Numbered from the stretch's first letter, positions 18,861 to 29,203 are shown. The stretch is 64,000 nt of DNA from Gammaproteobacteria bacterium (GCA_965207545.1 CBDBMS010000003.1:1064510-1128509), one strand, 5' to 3'. The notes: generated by a model from the letters alone, not told the origin. Numbers and translations are program-made.

Positions 18861-19462
18861 AGCTGCTTGCAGAGCTGCTGCCGCTTGCCGCGTTCTTCAC
18901 CGGTTACCAGATCGGCGACATATTTGTCGCCACCATGTGCCTGATGGCTGCCGCACCAGTCACGCTGATCCTGCTGAAACTTGGCGGACACCCGATAGAG
19001 ACGGTCCACAAGGCGACCTTCGCCATGATCCTCGTGTTCGGGGGCCTGACACTTGCCTTCGACAACAAGGCGTTCATCCAGTGGAAGACCACTTTCCTCA
19101 ATTTCGGCCTTGCAGCCGCACTCCTTGTCTCTGTGCATGTCCTCTCGAAAAATCCGATCCGCGCGGTCTGCCCGAAGAAAATGAAAATGGATGAACGGGG
19201 CTGGCTTACGCTCGCACACATATGGGTCGGATTCTTTGCCTTCATGGGAGCCCTGAATACGGCACTGATCCACCTCGTCTCCGAGCAGGCGTGGGTGAAT
19301 GCAAAAACCTTTGCCTATCCGGGACTCTCCCTGGTCTTCTGCATCCTTCAAGGCATATTCATCTACCGACGTGGCACTTTCAGCGACGAAAATCCGCAGG
19401 CCAACCAGTCTCCCGCACCTGCAGAAACCTGTAGCGGGATTTCTCGACAACAAGCGCGGTGA
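18857..19462 (+). CDS. yciB: Intracellular septation protein A (YciB/IspZ).
   Basis: [26 protein letters not shown] is the conserved YciB N-terminus; 5 TM helices. Confidence 0.8.
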   Translation: MKLLAELLPLAAFFTGYQIGDIFVATMCLMAAAPVTLILLKLGGHPIETVHKATFAMILVFGGLTLAFDNKAFIQWKTTFLNFGLAAALLVSVHVLSKNPIRAVCPKKMKMDERGWLTLAHIWVGFFAFMGALNTALIHLVSEQAWVNAKTFAYPGLSLVFCILQGIFIYRRGTFSDENPQANQSPAPAETCSGISRQQAR

Positions 19463-20099
19463 GTGTGCCCGTATGAAAGACGCCGGTGTCTATCCCAATG
19501 CGATTGTCCCTAACCTGAGGCGATGGCGCCGGAGTGTGTCCGTGAACCACCATGACCCCGTGACTGTCCCCACTTGACAGAAAAGGTTCGCGAATCCAAA
19601 GCAGATCATGTTCGCTCTGCCCTTCAAGAGGAATGCCGGGCCGGATTCCGGCATGAACGAACAGGCACTCTCCCTCCACATGATAAGGCCGCAATCCCCT
19701 CATGAAGTCCAAATGCCTGCACGGAAACATTTCCCTATCCCGTTCACCGCTGATTCCGTAGCTGTGTTCGGTTTCGATCCCGCCGTTGCCTAGGCACCAC
19801 ATTCTTGCCTCCTCCCGGTCTGCGCCATACAGGGACTGCAGAAAGAGATCCTCGTGATTGCCTTTGAGAAAAACCAGTTCGGCACTTTCAATAGGGTTCG
19901 AAAGCAGCAACTCCATGACACCCCGGCTGTCAGGCCCTCTGTCGACATAATCGCCTAGAAAAACGACTACATGACGCCTCCTTGTGGTTGCAGCAATGTC
20001 TCTGTGGATCAGGTCCAACATGGAATCCAACTGACGGCGACACCCATGGATGTCGCCCACGGCATAGACCACCGTTCCATCCGGAACCCTGTATTCCAT
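19380..20099 (-). CDS. Metallophosphoesterase, PrpA/PrpB-like serine/threonine phosphatase (calcineurin-like).
   Basis: GDIHG...GDYVDRGPDS...GNHE...VHGH motifs. The start is ambiguous (20099, 20132 or 20141). Its 3' end overlaps the convergent yciB 3' end. Confidence 0.7.
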   Translation of the reverse strand: MEYRVPDGTVVYAVGDIHGCRRQLDSMLDLIHRDIAATTRRRHVVVFLGDYVDRGPDSRGVMELLLSNPIESAELVFLKGNHEDLFLQSLYGADREEARMWCLGNGGIETEHSYGISGERDREMFPCRHLDFMRGLRPYHVEGECLFVHAGIRPGIPLEGQSEHDLLWIREPFLSSGDSHGVMVVHGHTPAPSPQVRDNRIGIDTGVFHTGTLTALVVEKSRYRFLQVRETGWPADFRR

Positions 20100-20282
20100 G
20101 CTTCCACCCAAATGCCCACAATCAGGTGCCATGTCCAACATTCCCGGCGACTGGCTCACGCCTTGCTGGTTGCGGGTTCCCGAACACGACATTCCCCGCT
20201 TCATTGGAAATTCATGGGTCATACGAATGTGGACACTGAAGCCGCTAGCCTAACAAAACCTCAATATAACCACGCAGTACGA

Positions 20283-20648
20283 ATGTCCGTCAAGCTTTCG
20301 ACGAAAATTGAGGTACAATTTCCGACTAACGTTTTGAACACTGTGAGCGAGAGACTGTCCAACAATCCCCTGCTTTTCGAGGCAATCCATCGAAGACTGG
20401 CGGATCTCCGTCCGGTTTCGATCAGCATTTCCGACGAGAGCCATCTCCACGAAGGTCACAAGGAAGCAGGCAACGGCTGCCATCTGGCACTGGAAGTCGT
20501 GTCGGATTCTTTCGACGGACTGTCAGGTTTGGAACGCCACCGGGCCATTTACAGCAGCTTGGATTCCCTCCAAGAACTTGGCATACATGCCTTGTCAATC
20601 AGGGCAATAACACCTCAGGAGAAGAACTCAAATGAAAATGCACACTAG
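20283..20648 (+). CDS. bolA: BolA-family protein.
   Basis: ISISDESHLHEGHKEAGNGCHLALEVVSDSFDGLSGLERHRAIYSSL is the BolA fold. The internal ATG at 20283 was chosen; the track ORF 19971 start is upstream, in the antisense of the phosphatase gene. Confidence 0.75.
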   Translation: MSVKLSTKIEVQFPTNVLNTVSERLSNNPLLFEAIHRRLADLRPVSISISDESHLHEGHKEAGNGCHLALEVVSDSFDGLSGLERHRAIYSSLDSLQELGIHALSIRAITPQEKNSNENAH

Positions 20649-21483
20649 AACAGCCGGACTTGCCACTGCCTGCGCCTTCCTGGTTCTCACCGGATGCCTT
20701 GACGGAGGGGACGACAAAACGGAAGACGGCCGCAACTACATGATCGGCAAGGATGAGACGATCATAATGCGCATCGATGGCCAGGACATTCCCGAGGCCA
20801 GACTCGTGGCGTATGCCACTCCAGGTGTCGAAATCAACGATCAGATGCGCCAGCAGCTGATCGACAACATTGTGATCAACCAGCTCCTTTCGGCCAAGGC
20901 CGGAAGCGAACTGGGCACCGATCCGCACATCCGCGAGCAGATCGAGATTGCCCGTCAGGGAATTCTCAGCCGAGCGCTGCTGTCAAGGATGATCAAGGAA
21001 AACCCTGTCTCGGACGAGCAGGTACAGCAGAACTACGATCGGATTGTCGCCGAGAACGCAGGAGCCAAGGAGTACAACTCTAGGCATATCCTTGTGCAGG
21101 AAGAGGCGGAGGCCAGGGAGATTCTGGCCGAACTGCAGGCTGATCCATCCAAGTTTGCCGACATTGCCGGGGAAAGGTCGATCGATACCGGTTCGGGACA
21201 AAACGGCGGTGAACTGGGCTGGACCAGTCCGGAAAATTTCGTGCCTGAGTTCTCCAACGCCATGATTGCCATAGAGAAGGGAACGATTGGAGCGGAGCCG
21301 GTTCAATCGCAGTTTGGCTGGCACATCATTTCAGTCACCGACGTGCGTGACGCACCTGTGCCGGAACTAAACGCCGAACTCCGCCAGCAGATAGCGTCAA
21401 CCCTTCAGAATGAGATAGTATCCCGTCTCATTGGAGACATTCGCAGAGAGGCCAATGTCGAGGATCTGAAAGGGAACGGCTAA
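20632..21483 (+). CDS. Parvulin-type peptidyl-prolyl cis-trans isomerase lipoprotein (PpiC/SurA-like).
   Basis: Lipobox LTGC, then a chaperone-like domain and the parvulin motif HILV...GGELGW...FGWHII. AGGAGAAG SD. The BolA-PPIase pairing is conserved in beta-proteobacteria. Confidence 0.8.
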   Translation: MKMHTRTAGLATACAFLVLTGCLDGGDDKTEDGRNYMIGKDETIIMRIDGQDIPEARLVAYATPGVEINDQMRQQLIDNIVINQLLSAKAGSELGTDPHIREQIEIARQGILSRALLSRMIKENPVSDEQVQQNYDRIVAENAGAKEYNSRHILVQEEAEAREILAELQADPSKFADIAGERSIDTGSGQNGGELGWTSPENFVPEFSNAMIAIEKGTIGAEPVQSQFGWHIISVTDVRDAPVPELNAELRQQIASTLQNEIVSRLIGDIRREANVEDLKGNG

Positions 21484-21492
21484 GCCGTTCCC
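21472..21492. terminator. Bidirectional hairpin between the convergent PPIase and DUF1223 genes.
   Basis: GGGAACGGC-TAA-GCCGTTCCC: a perfect 9-bp stem whose loop is the PPIase stop codon. The flanking T-tract is weak. Confidence 0.4.
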
Positions 21493-21501
21493 TTAAACCT
21501 T

Positions 21502-22266
21502 CTAGTTTGCCGGCACGCAACGAGCCGCCGCACGAATAACACCAAGCGGCGGATCCTGTACGATGAACGCGCAACCTTCCGTTTCGGGATTGACGGGGAT
21601 CATTGAGTAAATGCCGTCGCCATCCGGCTGGAGCGGCTCTATCCGCTTGACGATGTTGTGGTTTCTGAGGATCTTGCTGTTGTTCTCGCCACCCTTGATC
21701 TCCGTCACTGAGCTTGTTTCATAGACAATCCCGAACACGCGTCCCTCCAGATCGGGACCGGACACTTTCGCCTTCTGGCTGCCATTCCCCTCCCTTGCAA
21801 CACGTATGCTGTGCTTCCTCAATGCAGGGTTGGAACGTATCTCCCTGATTGCCCTGTCGATACCGCCCTGGTTTGTTCCAGACGTCTCGTAGGCTCCCCC
21901 TATCACCGTTTGCGGAGTGTAGGCTGAGCGGCGGCCACGGATCCTTTCGTTGTAGAGATACTGCCGTTCGGTGTGTTCTCTCTTTGACCATATGTCCTTC
22001 CACTTGCCGGCGGATCCGTAGACAAGTTCATCCCAGTAGTCAACATGAACCTCAAGTGCAAGCACATCCTCCCTGTCCAGGTATTCGCTGGCCAGCAACT
22101 CCTCAGCAGGCGGACAGGAATAGCAACTCTGCGAGGTGAACAGTTCAAGAACAACCAGCGGACCCTCCGCTGCCCTGGCAGCTGGCAGTGCAAGCGCCAA
22201 GGAGGCCAAGGCCAGGCTGCACAGGATACGTAACGCGCGACAGGCTACGGAAGCATATCCTCTCAT
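21502..22266 (-). CDS. DUF1223 secreted thioredoxin-fold protein.
   Basis: The signal peptide is followed by LVVLELFTSQSCYSCPPAE, the DUF1223 hallmark. The ATG overlaps the sixA stop (ATGA). Confidence 0.7.
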   Translation of the reverse strand: MRGYASVACRALRILCSLALASLALALPAARAAEGPLVVLELFTSQSCYSCPPAEELLASEYLDREDVLALEVHVDYWDELVYGSAGKWKDIWSKREHTERQYLYNERIRGRRSAYTPQTVIGGAYETSGTNQGGIDRAIREIRSNPALRKHSIRVAREGNGSQKAKVSGPDLEGRVFGIVYETSSVTEIKGGENNSKILRNHNIVKRIEPLQPDGDGIYSMIPVNPETEGCAFIVQDPPLGVIRAAARCVPAN

Positions 22267-22799
22267 CGCCACAAGTCCGCAAGGGCACTTTGGGGAATCT
22301 CGTCATCCATGGTTTCCGAAGGGCTGAACACGATAGCGGTCTGCATTTTCCTGTGACCGATCATGCTCCATTTCTCCAGACCGGTGCACTTGACCGCTCC
22401 ACAGGTGGGCAGTGCAACGTCGCTACGGTCGCCAATCTGCAGAGTGAACATCTCAAGTTCGGGGTTATGGCCCACAATCATGACGGAACTGGTCTCGTCC
22501 GGCAACATGGAAAGCCTCTCCACCCAGTGTTCCGGACTGCATCCGTAGTAGCTCCAGTCCTGCTCAACGGAATCACGCAGGCCAAGAGCATCCGCAACCG
22601 TCAGCGCGGTCTCTAGGGCGCGCGGTGCGGAACTGGCCAGAATCACATCCAGCTGTTCATCCGCCGCCTTCAGTATTCTCGCCAGATGCTTTGCCTGTCT
22701 TACTCCCTTGCCGCTAAGGGTTCGGCCACGGTCCTCTATCCCAGGCTCACGGGACACAGCTTTTGCATGCCGAAGAACTACTACGCTTTTCCCGCCCAT
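22263..22799 (-). CDS. sixA: Phosphohistidine phosphatase SixA (histidine phosphatase superfamily).
   Basis: VVVLRHAKA catalytic RHG-type motif; ~170 aa. Confidence 0.7.
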   Translation of the reverse strand: MGGKSVVVLRHAKAVSREPGIEDRGRTLSGKGVRQAKHLARILKAADEQLDVILASSAPRALETALTVADALGLRDSVEQDWSYYGCSPEHWVERLSMLPDETSSVMIVGHNPELEMFTLQIGDRSDVALPTCGAVKCTGLEKWSMIGHRKMQTAIVFSPSETMDDEIPQSALADLWR

Positions 22800-22813
22800 G
22801 TCCGGCTCTCAAA

Positions 22814-23743
22814 CTAGGCCAAGCGAACGCCAGATGGCAAACTGTCGCCGTCGATCTCAGCCAACTTGATGTTCATGAGATCGACTATGGCCTTCAACTG
22901 TGCCTTCTCGCTCTCGTCAAGCGGAGCCAAGGGATGCCTTGGAGGACCCACAGGCAGTTCCCTCATGGCCATGCCTTCCTTTATGCACTGAACGAACTTG
23001 CCACACTTTCTTCTGTACTCCATCAGCGGCAACATGGCAGCCATGATCTTCCGGGCCTTGGGAAAGTCCTGCTCGACAACAACCGATTCATGAAGCATCC
23101 GGTGTGCCTCGGGAGCAAAGTTGGATCCCGCACACACCCAGCTCCTGCAACCCCACACATAATATTCCAGAGCCTGGTCATCCTTGCCGCACGCAACCTG
23201 GATGTCGGGATATCCCGTCGCCAGAAGGTGCAGCCTGTCAATACTCCCCGAACTTTCCTTGATCGCCTGGAAGTTCGGCGAGCACGACACGATGTCCAGA
23301 TATTCGGCTCCCATGTCGGCACCAGTTCTTGCTGGAAAGTTGTAGAGCATCACCGGAAGGTTTGCAGCGCGGTCGATTTTAAGGGCGTGAGCGGCATTCT
23401 CTCCCTGGGTTGGGAGCGCATAGGCGGAGGAGGCTATCAGAATCGCATCGGCCTTGAGGGCTTTCGCTTCTTCAGCGTAATGCAGCGTCTCCCGGGTTGC
23501 GGTTCCCCCTATTCCTACGATCAGTGGTACACGGCCTTTCACCGCCTTCCTGGCAAACCTCGCCACCTCGACGCGCTCCTTGGGCGTGAGAGCGTAGTGC
23601 TCACCGGTGGTTCCACCCACCATGACCTGGTCAACCCCCTTTTCGATTAGGAACTCAATCACGTCGCCAAGGCGGACGTAGTCGATCTCCTGGTCTCCAT
23701 CAAAAGGGACAACTACGGGAGTGACAATCCCGTCAAAACGCAT
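22814..23743 (-). CDS. DapA/NanA-family class I aldolase (dihydrodipicolinate synthase family protein).
   Basis: GTTGEHYALTPKER...AIKESSG (Schiff-base Lys context) within a TIM-barrel family. The internal ATG at 23743 was chosen. Confidence 0.75.
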   Translation of the reverse strand: MRFDGIVTPVVVPFDGDQEIDYVRLGDVIEFLIEKGVDQVMVGGTTGEHYALTPKERVEVARFARKAVKGRVPLIVGIGGTATRETLHYAEEAKALKADAILIASSAYALPTQGENAAHALKIDRAANLPVMLYNFPARTGADMGAEYLDIVSCSPNFQAIKESSGSIDRLHLLATGYPDIQVACGKDDQALEYYVWGCRSWVCAGSNFAPEAHRMLHESVVVEQDFPKARKIMAAMLPLMEYRRKCGKFVQCIKEGMAMRELPVGPPRHPLAPLDESEKAQLKAIVDLMNIKLAEIDGDSLPSGVRLA

Positions 23744-23844
23744 GGTGGCGCCGGCTACGAGGTTTCTGTCAGGCTGAGAAAGCTTGGACATGAAGAATGG
23801 ATCCCGAAGCCATTATAAGCAATCCGGCCATCGCCCGGTTCCGT

Positions 23845-24522
23845 CTAGGCCAGAGAACTTTTCGACTTGACCCTCATGTTCCCGTCAAGCGAATAAACAA
23901 TCGATCTCCCTGTCGGCAACTCCAAGTGTGGAATGTCCTCTGCACCCAGCCTTTCAATGTGGGCAATCAGACCCCGCAGAGAATTGCCATGGGCGACGAC
24001 CAAGACGTTGCGGCCTTGGTCAAGTTCACATGAGACGCTATCCTTCCAGCAGTCCACAACACGTTTGGCCGTCTCCCTGAATGTCTCTCCGTTCGGAACA
24101 CGGATCAAGCCCCTGTAGCGTTCGCTGTTCTGCAGTGGATGGTCATGTTCGCTTTTCGGCAGAGGGATATCGTAGCCTCGACGCCAAAGGCGCACCTGCT
24201 CCTCACCGTACTTCCTGGCTGTCCTTTTCTTGTTGAGGCCCTGAAGTGCGCCATAGTGCCGCTCATTGAGCCGGCAGTCCTTCTTCACATCTATCCAGGC
24301 CCTGTCTAGGCTCAGCAGAACTATCCAGAGAGTGTGTATAGCCCTGGTGAGACAGGACGTGTATGCCACATCAGCACTGAACCCTGCCGAACCCAGCTGT
24401 TCCCCCGCATTTTTCGCTTCGCGCCTACCCTTGCCGGTCAGGCCGACATCCACCCATCCGGTGAAGCGGTCGAGTCTGTTCCATTCGCTTTGACCATGCC
24501 TAATGAGCGCAAGCTCAGGCAC
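23845..24522 (-). CDS. gpmA: 2,3-bisphosphoglycerate-dependent phosphoglycerate mutase.
   Basis: LIRHGQSEWN...RHYG...HGNSLR motifs. GTG start per the track. Confidence 0.9.
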   Translation of the reverse strand: MPELALIRHGQSEWNRLDRFTGWVDVGLTGKGRREAKNAGEQLGSAGFSADVAYTSCLTRAIHTLWIVLLSLDRAWIDVKKDCRLNERHYGALQGLNKKRTARKYGEEQVRLWRRGYDIPLPKSEHDHPLQNSERYRGLIRVPNGETFRETAKRVVDCWKDSVSCELDQGRNVLVVAHGNSLRGLIAHIERLGAEDIPHLELPTGRSIVYSLDGNMRVKSKSSLA

Positions 24523-25411
24523 GTGTGGGAACTACCAGGTGATCCTTGATTCTTTTCATGGCGCTAGCCTCGATCTGGCGGATTCGCTCCGCGGAAACCC
24601 CGTACTTTTCCGCCATGACGTGCAACGTACTCTTGCCTTCGTCTTCGTTGAGCCACCTTGAGCAGATGATGTCCCTGCTCCGGTTGTCCAGCTTGTCAAG
24701 AGCCTCGTAAAGCAGCTTGTGTCTCCCTTGCCGGGCATCCTCTTCGGCGATCACGGTTCCAATGTCCTCCGAACCGTCGGTCAGGTAGTTGGCCGGGGAA
24801 TAGGTCTCATCATCATCGCCGGTCTCCAATGTCTCATAGGGTATGTCCGGCGAGGACATTCTATGCTTCATCGTGAACACGTCCTCCTTCTTCACGTCCA
24901 AGTCATCGGCAATCTTCGCCGCATCGCCATGGGACAGCCGACCCTCGCCAAAATCCTTCAGCTTGCGGCGCAGGTTGAAGAACAGCTTGCGCTGAGCCTT
25001 GGTCGTGGCAATCTTCACGATCCTCCAGTTTCGGATTATGAACTCCTGGATCTCGGCCTTGATCCAGTAGAGCGCAAAGGTGCTGAAACGGGCGCCGCGG
25101 TCGGGATCGTAGCGCCTAAGGGCCTTGAACAGACCAACGTTGCCTTCCTGGATCAGATCCTCTTCGGGAAGACCGTAGTTCCTGTAGTTGCGTGCAACCG
25201 CGACGGCAAGCCTCAGGTGCGACAGGATCAGTTTCTTGCCTGAGGACGCATCGCTGTGCTTCCGATAGGACAGGGCGCTCTCGCGCTCCTCCTCCTCGCT
25301 GAGCATCGGAATGCTCCTGACCATCCTGAGGTAGCCGGAAAGCCCCCCGCTCAGAGACGGCATCCCGCTTTCAGGTGACAGGCTTAGTGCTGTTTGACCT
25401 AGGCTTGACAT
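24515..25411 (-). CDS. rpoH: RNA polymerase sigma-32 (heat-shock sigma factor).
   Basis: The RpoH box QRKLFFNLRR, sigma70 regions 2 and 4. Start MSSLGQ (25411) is preferred; an alternative ATG lies ~48 nt downstream. Confidence 0.85.
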   Translation of the reverse strand: MSSLGQTALSLSPESGMPSLSGGLSGYLRMVRSIPMLSEEEERESALSYRKHSDASSGKKLILSHLRLAVAVARNYRNYGLPEEDLIQEGNVGLFKALRRYDPDRGARFSTFALYWIKAEIQEFIIRNWRIVKIATTKAQRKLFFNLRRKLKDFGEGRLSHGDAAKIADDLDVKKEDVFTMKHRMSSPDIPYETLETGDDDETYSPANYLTDGSEDIGTVIAEEDARQGRHKLLYEALDKLDNRSRDIICSRWLNEDEGKSTLHVMAEKYGVSAERIRQIEASAMKRIKDHLVVPTRA

Positions 25412-25677
25412 GTTAATCCAATTACAGATGATTCTAGGGACTCCATCCCTGTTTTTCAATAGGAAGACGCACAAAGTCGCATCCTGCCGCTCCGAGATGC
25501 GCTCAAGGAGGGACAAATCCGGCAAACGGATATCAAACTGTATTTTATGTGTTTTTCATTAGCCCTGCAACTCACCATACTTGGTAGAATTGGACATGGA
25601 AATGACTTGCAGGAAAATCTCTCTGGCGGGTTCTGTGAAGTCCCGCAACCCATAGGGGAATCCGGCGAGATCTCCGT

Positions 25678-26694
25678 ATGAAGGACATAGCGTCAAGAAC
25701 GGACGAGGATGTAGGCTTCGAACGTACGTTGCGCCCACAACGGCTGAAAGACTACATCGGACAGGGACGGATCAAGGAACAGCTCGATGTTTTCATGGAG
25801 GCGGCCAAACGCCGCCAGGAGCCGCTTGACCATGTCCTGTTCTGCGGTCCGCCTGGCCTTGGCAAGACCACGCTGGCCAACATCATTGCATTTGAAATGG
25901 CTGCGCCGATCCATTCCACATCGGGCCCTGCGCTTGAGCGTACAGGGGACGTGGCCGCCATGCTCACCGGCCTGCAGAGAGGCGATATCCTTTTTGTCGA
26001 TGAAATCCACCGCCTGCATCCGTCGATTGAGGAGGCCATGTACTCGGCGCTGGAGGACTTCCGGTTTGACATTGTCGTCGGGGAGGCTGCTTCCGGGCGT
26101 TCGGTCAAGCTGAAACTGGAGCCTTTCACTTTCGTGGGGGCGACAACCCGTGCGGGGATGATGACCTCTCCGCTCAGGGACCGCTTCGGTATCGTGCTCC
26201 GACTCGACTACTACAGCAGTGACGAGATGATCGAGATCGTGCGCCGGTCGGCAACGCTTCTCAAGGTGAAGAGTGACGAGCAGGGCCTGGCTGAGATCGC
26301 CTCCCGGTCGCGCAGCACGCCGCGCGTGGCCAACCGGCTGATCAGAAGGGTGCGCGACTATGCCGAAGTCCGCGCCAACGGTTCAAAAGTCACCCGTAGT
26401 GTTGCGGCGGACGCACTCGAGATGATGGATGTCGACAGTGCCGGACTGGATACGAGCGACAAGAAGTATCTGGAGATACTGCTCCACCGGTTCGGTGGCG
26501 GGCCGGTTGGCATTGACACGTTGTCAGTGGCCCTCGGCGACGAGGTCGACACCATCGAATCGTTCATCGAGCCTTTCCTCATGAAGGAGGGACTGATCCA
26601 GCGCACCAGCCGTGGACGGGTCGCAACGCCAAACGCCTACCGCCACATAGGACTGCCTGCGCCTGCCGGATCCGATACTCTCTGGAATGAGTGA
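25678..26694 (+). CDS. ruvB: Holliday junction branch-migration ATPase RuvB.
   Basis: LRPQRLKDYIGQ...GPPGLGKTTLA...DEIHRL: AAA+ RuvB. No ruvA lies upstream. Confidence 0.95.
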   Translation: MKDIASRTDEDVGFERTLRPQRLKDYIGQGRIKEQLDVFMEAAKRRQEPLDHVLFCGPPGLGKTTLANIIAFEMAAPIHSTSGPALERTGDVAAMLTGLQRGDILFVDEIHRLHPSIEEAMYSALEDFRFDIVVGEAASGRSVKLKLEPFTFVGATTRAGMMTSPLRDRFGIVLRLDYYSSDEMIEIVRRSATLLKVKSDEQGLAEIASRSRSTPRVANRLIRRVRDYAEVRANGSKVTRSVAADALEMMDVDSAGLDTSDKKYLEILLHRFGGGPVGIDTLSVALGDEVDTIESFIEPFLMKEGLIQRTSRGRVATPNAYRHIGLPAPAGSDTLWNE

Positions 26695-27121
26695 CGCTCC
26701 GCTGCATCTGCTTGAGCAGCGCGTCTACTACGAACACACGGACGCTGCCGGCGTCGTCTATCATGCGAACTATCTCAAGTTCTACGAGATGACCCGCACC
26801 GAATGGCTACGCAGCGAGGGATTCGATCACGTCAGGATGCGCAAGGAGTTCGGCCTCGTATTCGCCGTACGTAGCGCCGAACTGGGGTTTCACAAGCCCG
26901 CCATGCTAGACGACCTGCTTCATGTGTCGATTGATTCGGCTGTCAGGGGGCGACGGGCCAGTGTACTCTTTGACCAGTCGGTCAGAAGGGACGGCACGCT
27001 GATCTCCACTGCCAAAGTCACCGTGGTTTGCATACGCATGAACGATGGATCTCCCAGATCCGTCCGCATACCAAGGGAGATTGCTGATAAAATTCCTTTC
27101 CAGGAACCGCCGCCTAAGTGA
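26687..27121 (+). CDS. ybgC: Tol-Pal-associated acyl-CoA thioesterase YbgC (hotdog fold).
   Basis: YYEHTDAAGVVYHANYLKFYE is the 4HBT-type motif. It sits immediately before tolQ. Confidence 0.85.
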   Translation: MSDAPLHLLEQRVYYEHTDAAGVVYHANYLKFYEMTRTEWLRSEGFDHVRMRKEFGLVFAVRSAELGFHKPAMLDDLLHVSIDSAVRGRRASVLFDQSVRRDGTLISTAKVTVVCIRMNDGSPRSVRIPREIADKIPFQEPPPK

Positions 27122-27795
27122 CCAACGCCTCCGAATCGCTCTCCGTCCTCGCCCTCATTGCGAAGGCAAGCCTGGTCGCCCAGCTGGTGTTGCTGCTGTT
27201 GCTTGTCCTGCTGTTCTTCGCGGTCTGGTTCATCATTCGGAAAAAGAAGGTTCTCGACAGGGTTCGCAACGAATGCGATTCGTTCGAGGAGATCTTCTGG
27301 AGCGGCAAGCAGATGGACGAGCTCGAAAAGGACGTCAACGACGGCCGTTTCGGATCGGACGGTCTGGCTGCGGTGTTCCTCGCCGGCCAAAAGGAATTCA
27401 GAAAGTTGCAGGAAAAGAAGATCACCGATCCAGTGGTCGTGCTCGAAAGCGTTCAGCGCTCAATGGAGGCGAGTTCCCAGATCGAGGTGCGCAAGCTCCA
27501 CCAGAACATGCCGTTCATCGCGACAGTCGGCTCGGTCAGTCCGTACATCGGCCTGTTCGGAACCGTCTGGGGCATCATCAATGCCTTCCGGGCGCTTTCG
27601 AGTTCGCAGCAGGTGACGCTCGCCCAAGTGGCGCCTGGGATAGCCGAGGCGCTGATCGCAACCGCTCTTGGGCTGCTTGCTGCAATCCCAGCCGTGGTCG
27701 CATTCAACTTCTTCGTATCGCGCATCGAGCAACTGAGCGAACGCTACGAAAGTTTCACCGACCACTTCAGCAACATACTGCGCAGAAACCTGTGA
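27118..27795 (+). CDS. tolQ: TolQ.
   Basis: MotA/TolQ/ExbB family; ...SPYIGLFGTVWGI...APGIAEALIATALGL. The GTG start overlaps the ybgC stop (GTGA). Confidence 0.9.
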   Translation: MTNASESLSVLALIAKASLVAQLVLLLLLVLLFFAVWFIIRKKKVLDRVRNECDSFEEIFWSGKQMDELEKDVNDGRFGSDGLAAVFLAGQKEFRKLQEKKITDPVVVLESVQRSMEASSQIEVRKLHQNMPFIATVGSVSPYIGLFGTVWGIINAFRALSSSQQVTLAQVAPGIAEALIATALGLLAAIPAVVAFNFFVSRIEQLSERYESFTDHFSNILRRNL

Positions 27796-28217
27796 GACGT
27801 CACCACCCACACAAGCCAACCCTTCTCAGCCAGATCAACGTGGTTCCGTTCATCGACGTGATGCTTGTTCTCCTAGTCATCTTCATGGTGACCGCACCCC
27901 TGATCGTCCAGACTGTGATCGAGCTTCCCGAGGCGGGCGACGTCGGGGTCAACCAGAAAAGCGAGGCCATCGAGGTGATTCTGCGAGCCGACGGCGGAAT
28001 ACTCGTCAAGGACTACAACTTCAAGGATGAATCGAACCTCGGCGACGCCGAGGATCTGGTGGAGCTGGTGCGACAGCGGCGCCTCCTGTTTCCTGAAGCC
28101 CCGGTGGTCGTATCCGCCGACCGAAGCCTGCGCTACGAGCAGGTTGTCAAGGTGCTGGGAAAACTCATCGAGGAGGAGATCGGCCTGGTGGGGCTTAACG
28201 TCCGGACAGTGCAATAG
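27792..28217 (+). CDS. tolR: TolR.
   Basis: (V)RRHHPHKPTLLSQINVVPFIDVMLVLLVIF is the ExbD/TolR N-terminus. The GTG start at 27792 overlaps the tolQ TGA (GTGA). The track's long ORF 27045..28217 is out of context over tolQ. Confidence 0.85.
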   Translation: MRRHHPHKPTLLSQINVVPFIDVMLVLLVIFMVTAPLIVQTVIELPEAGDVGVNQKSEAIEVILRADGGILVKDYNFKDESNLGDAEDLVELVRQRRLLFPEAPVVVSADRSLRYEQVVKVLGKLIEEEIGLVGLNVRTVQ

Positions 28218-28238
28218 GCCGGCCGGAATAGCCGAGCG

Positions 28239-28970
28239 ATGCTGTACGCCAGAGGACGCCCAGCGCCATACATGACGGCATGCGAGGAGCAGGGCATCGG
28301 AATCTCGGCGCTGCAGGCGAGCGTTCTGGTCGTGTTGCTGCTTGGCGCGCTGGCCGCCAACTTCAACTGGAAGTGGCGCTCTCCGCCACCAGCCATGGAC
28401 GTGATGGTTTTCGACCGGAACTTGTCTCCGCCCAAACCGCAGCCCAAGGAGCCGAAGACCCCAACCGCGAAGTCACAGCCAGCTCCCAAGCCGACTCCAA
28501 AACCTGAACCGCGAGGTGCCGAACTAGGCGTCAAGCCGAACGAGACCAAAACGAAGAAACCCGAACCTGCCCCGGTTCCCAAGCCGGAGGAAAAGCCGGC
28601 TCCGGAACCCGAGCCGGAACCATCCGACATCCGCGAACTGCTTGAGGAGATAAGTGAGACGGAGCAGGCGGCTCCGGATCCGGAGTTGGTCGACATCTAC
28701 CGAAACCGTATACGCTCGCTGATCGAGCGCTATCTGCGCCACCCCGAAGGAGTTCCACAGGATGCGAGAGTGGTGCTTATCGTTCGGCTCGGCACCAATG
28801 GCGCACTGAACGGCGATCCGGTCATCGACGTCAGCAGCAACTATCCGGATTACGATGTCGAGGCAGTCCGTGCAGTCATATTCGCCCAACCCTTCCCCAT
28901 GCCGACGGATCCGGCACTGCTTCGCGAATTCCAGGAGCTGAGGCTGACGATCGAGCCCAGAAAAAACTGA
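28239..28970 (+). CDS. tolA: TolA (Pro/Lys-rich periplasmic spanner with TolA/TonB-like C-terminal domain).
   Basis: N-terminal TM helix, PKPxP repeat region, and a C-terminal globular domain. An alternative start lies at 28272. Confidence 0.75.
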   Translation: MLYARGRPAPYMTACEEQGIGISALQASVLVVLLLGALAANFNWKWRSPPPAMDVMVFDRNLSPPKPQPKEPKTPTAKSQPAPKPTPKPEPRGAELGVKPNETKTKKPEPAPVPKPEEKPAPEPEPEPSDIRELLEEISETEQAAPDPELVDIYRNRIRSLIERYLRHPEGVPQDARVVLIVRLGTNGALNGDPVIDVSSNYPDYDVEAVRAVIFAQPFPMPTDPALLREFQELRLTIEPRKN

Positions 28971-29174
28971 GGATTCCGTGGCGGACAGTCCAGTGCCCTT
29001 CCGGTTGAAGTGCTGTGACCGAGCCGGTCGGTTCTGTTAGTCGGCAAGCGTAGTCAGCAAGTCCGCCCCAAGAAGGGTAGCCAAAACCACTGGCCACATT
29101 GCAATTTCCCTCTTCATGATGTTGGCTTTTGACGGAACGAGGAATGTCCTTTTCATTGCGGGCGTTCCCTGCTT

Positions 29175-29203
29175 TTGGCGAAAAACCCGCTATGTAGGAT
29201 AAT
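29175..29203 (+). promoter_or_regulatory. Candidate internal promoter for tolB-pal-cpoB: -35 TTGGCG, 17-nt spacer, -10 GATAAT.
   Basis: Found in the 260-bp tolA-tolB gap. In E. coli tolB-pal has its own promoter. Confidence 0.3.

Noticed and set aside
25412-25677. LexA/SOS box upstream of ruvB (CTGTATTTTATGTG)
   Set aside because: Not palindromic: CTGT-N8-GTGT instead of CTGT-N8-ACAG. It is likely just part of the AT-rich divergent rpoH/ruvB promoter region.
27045-28217. 390-aa + ORF in the track spanning tolQ and tolR
   Set aside because: Only the last 141 codons (from the GTG at 27792) correspond to TolR. The upstream part is an out-of-frame overlap of tolQ.
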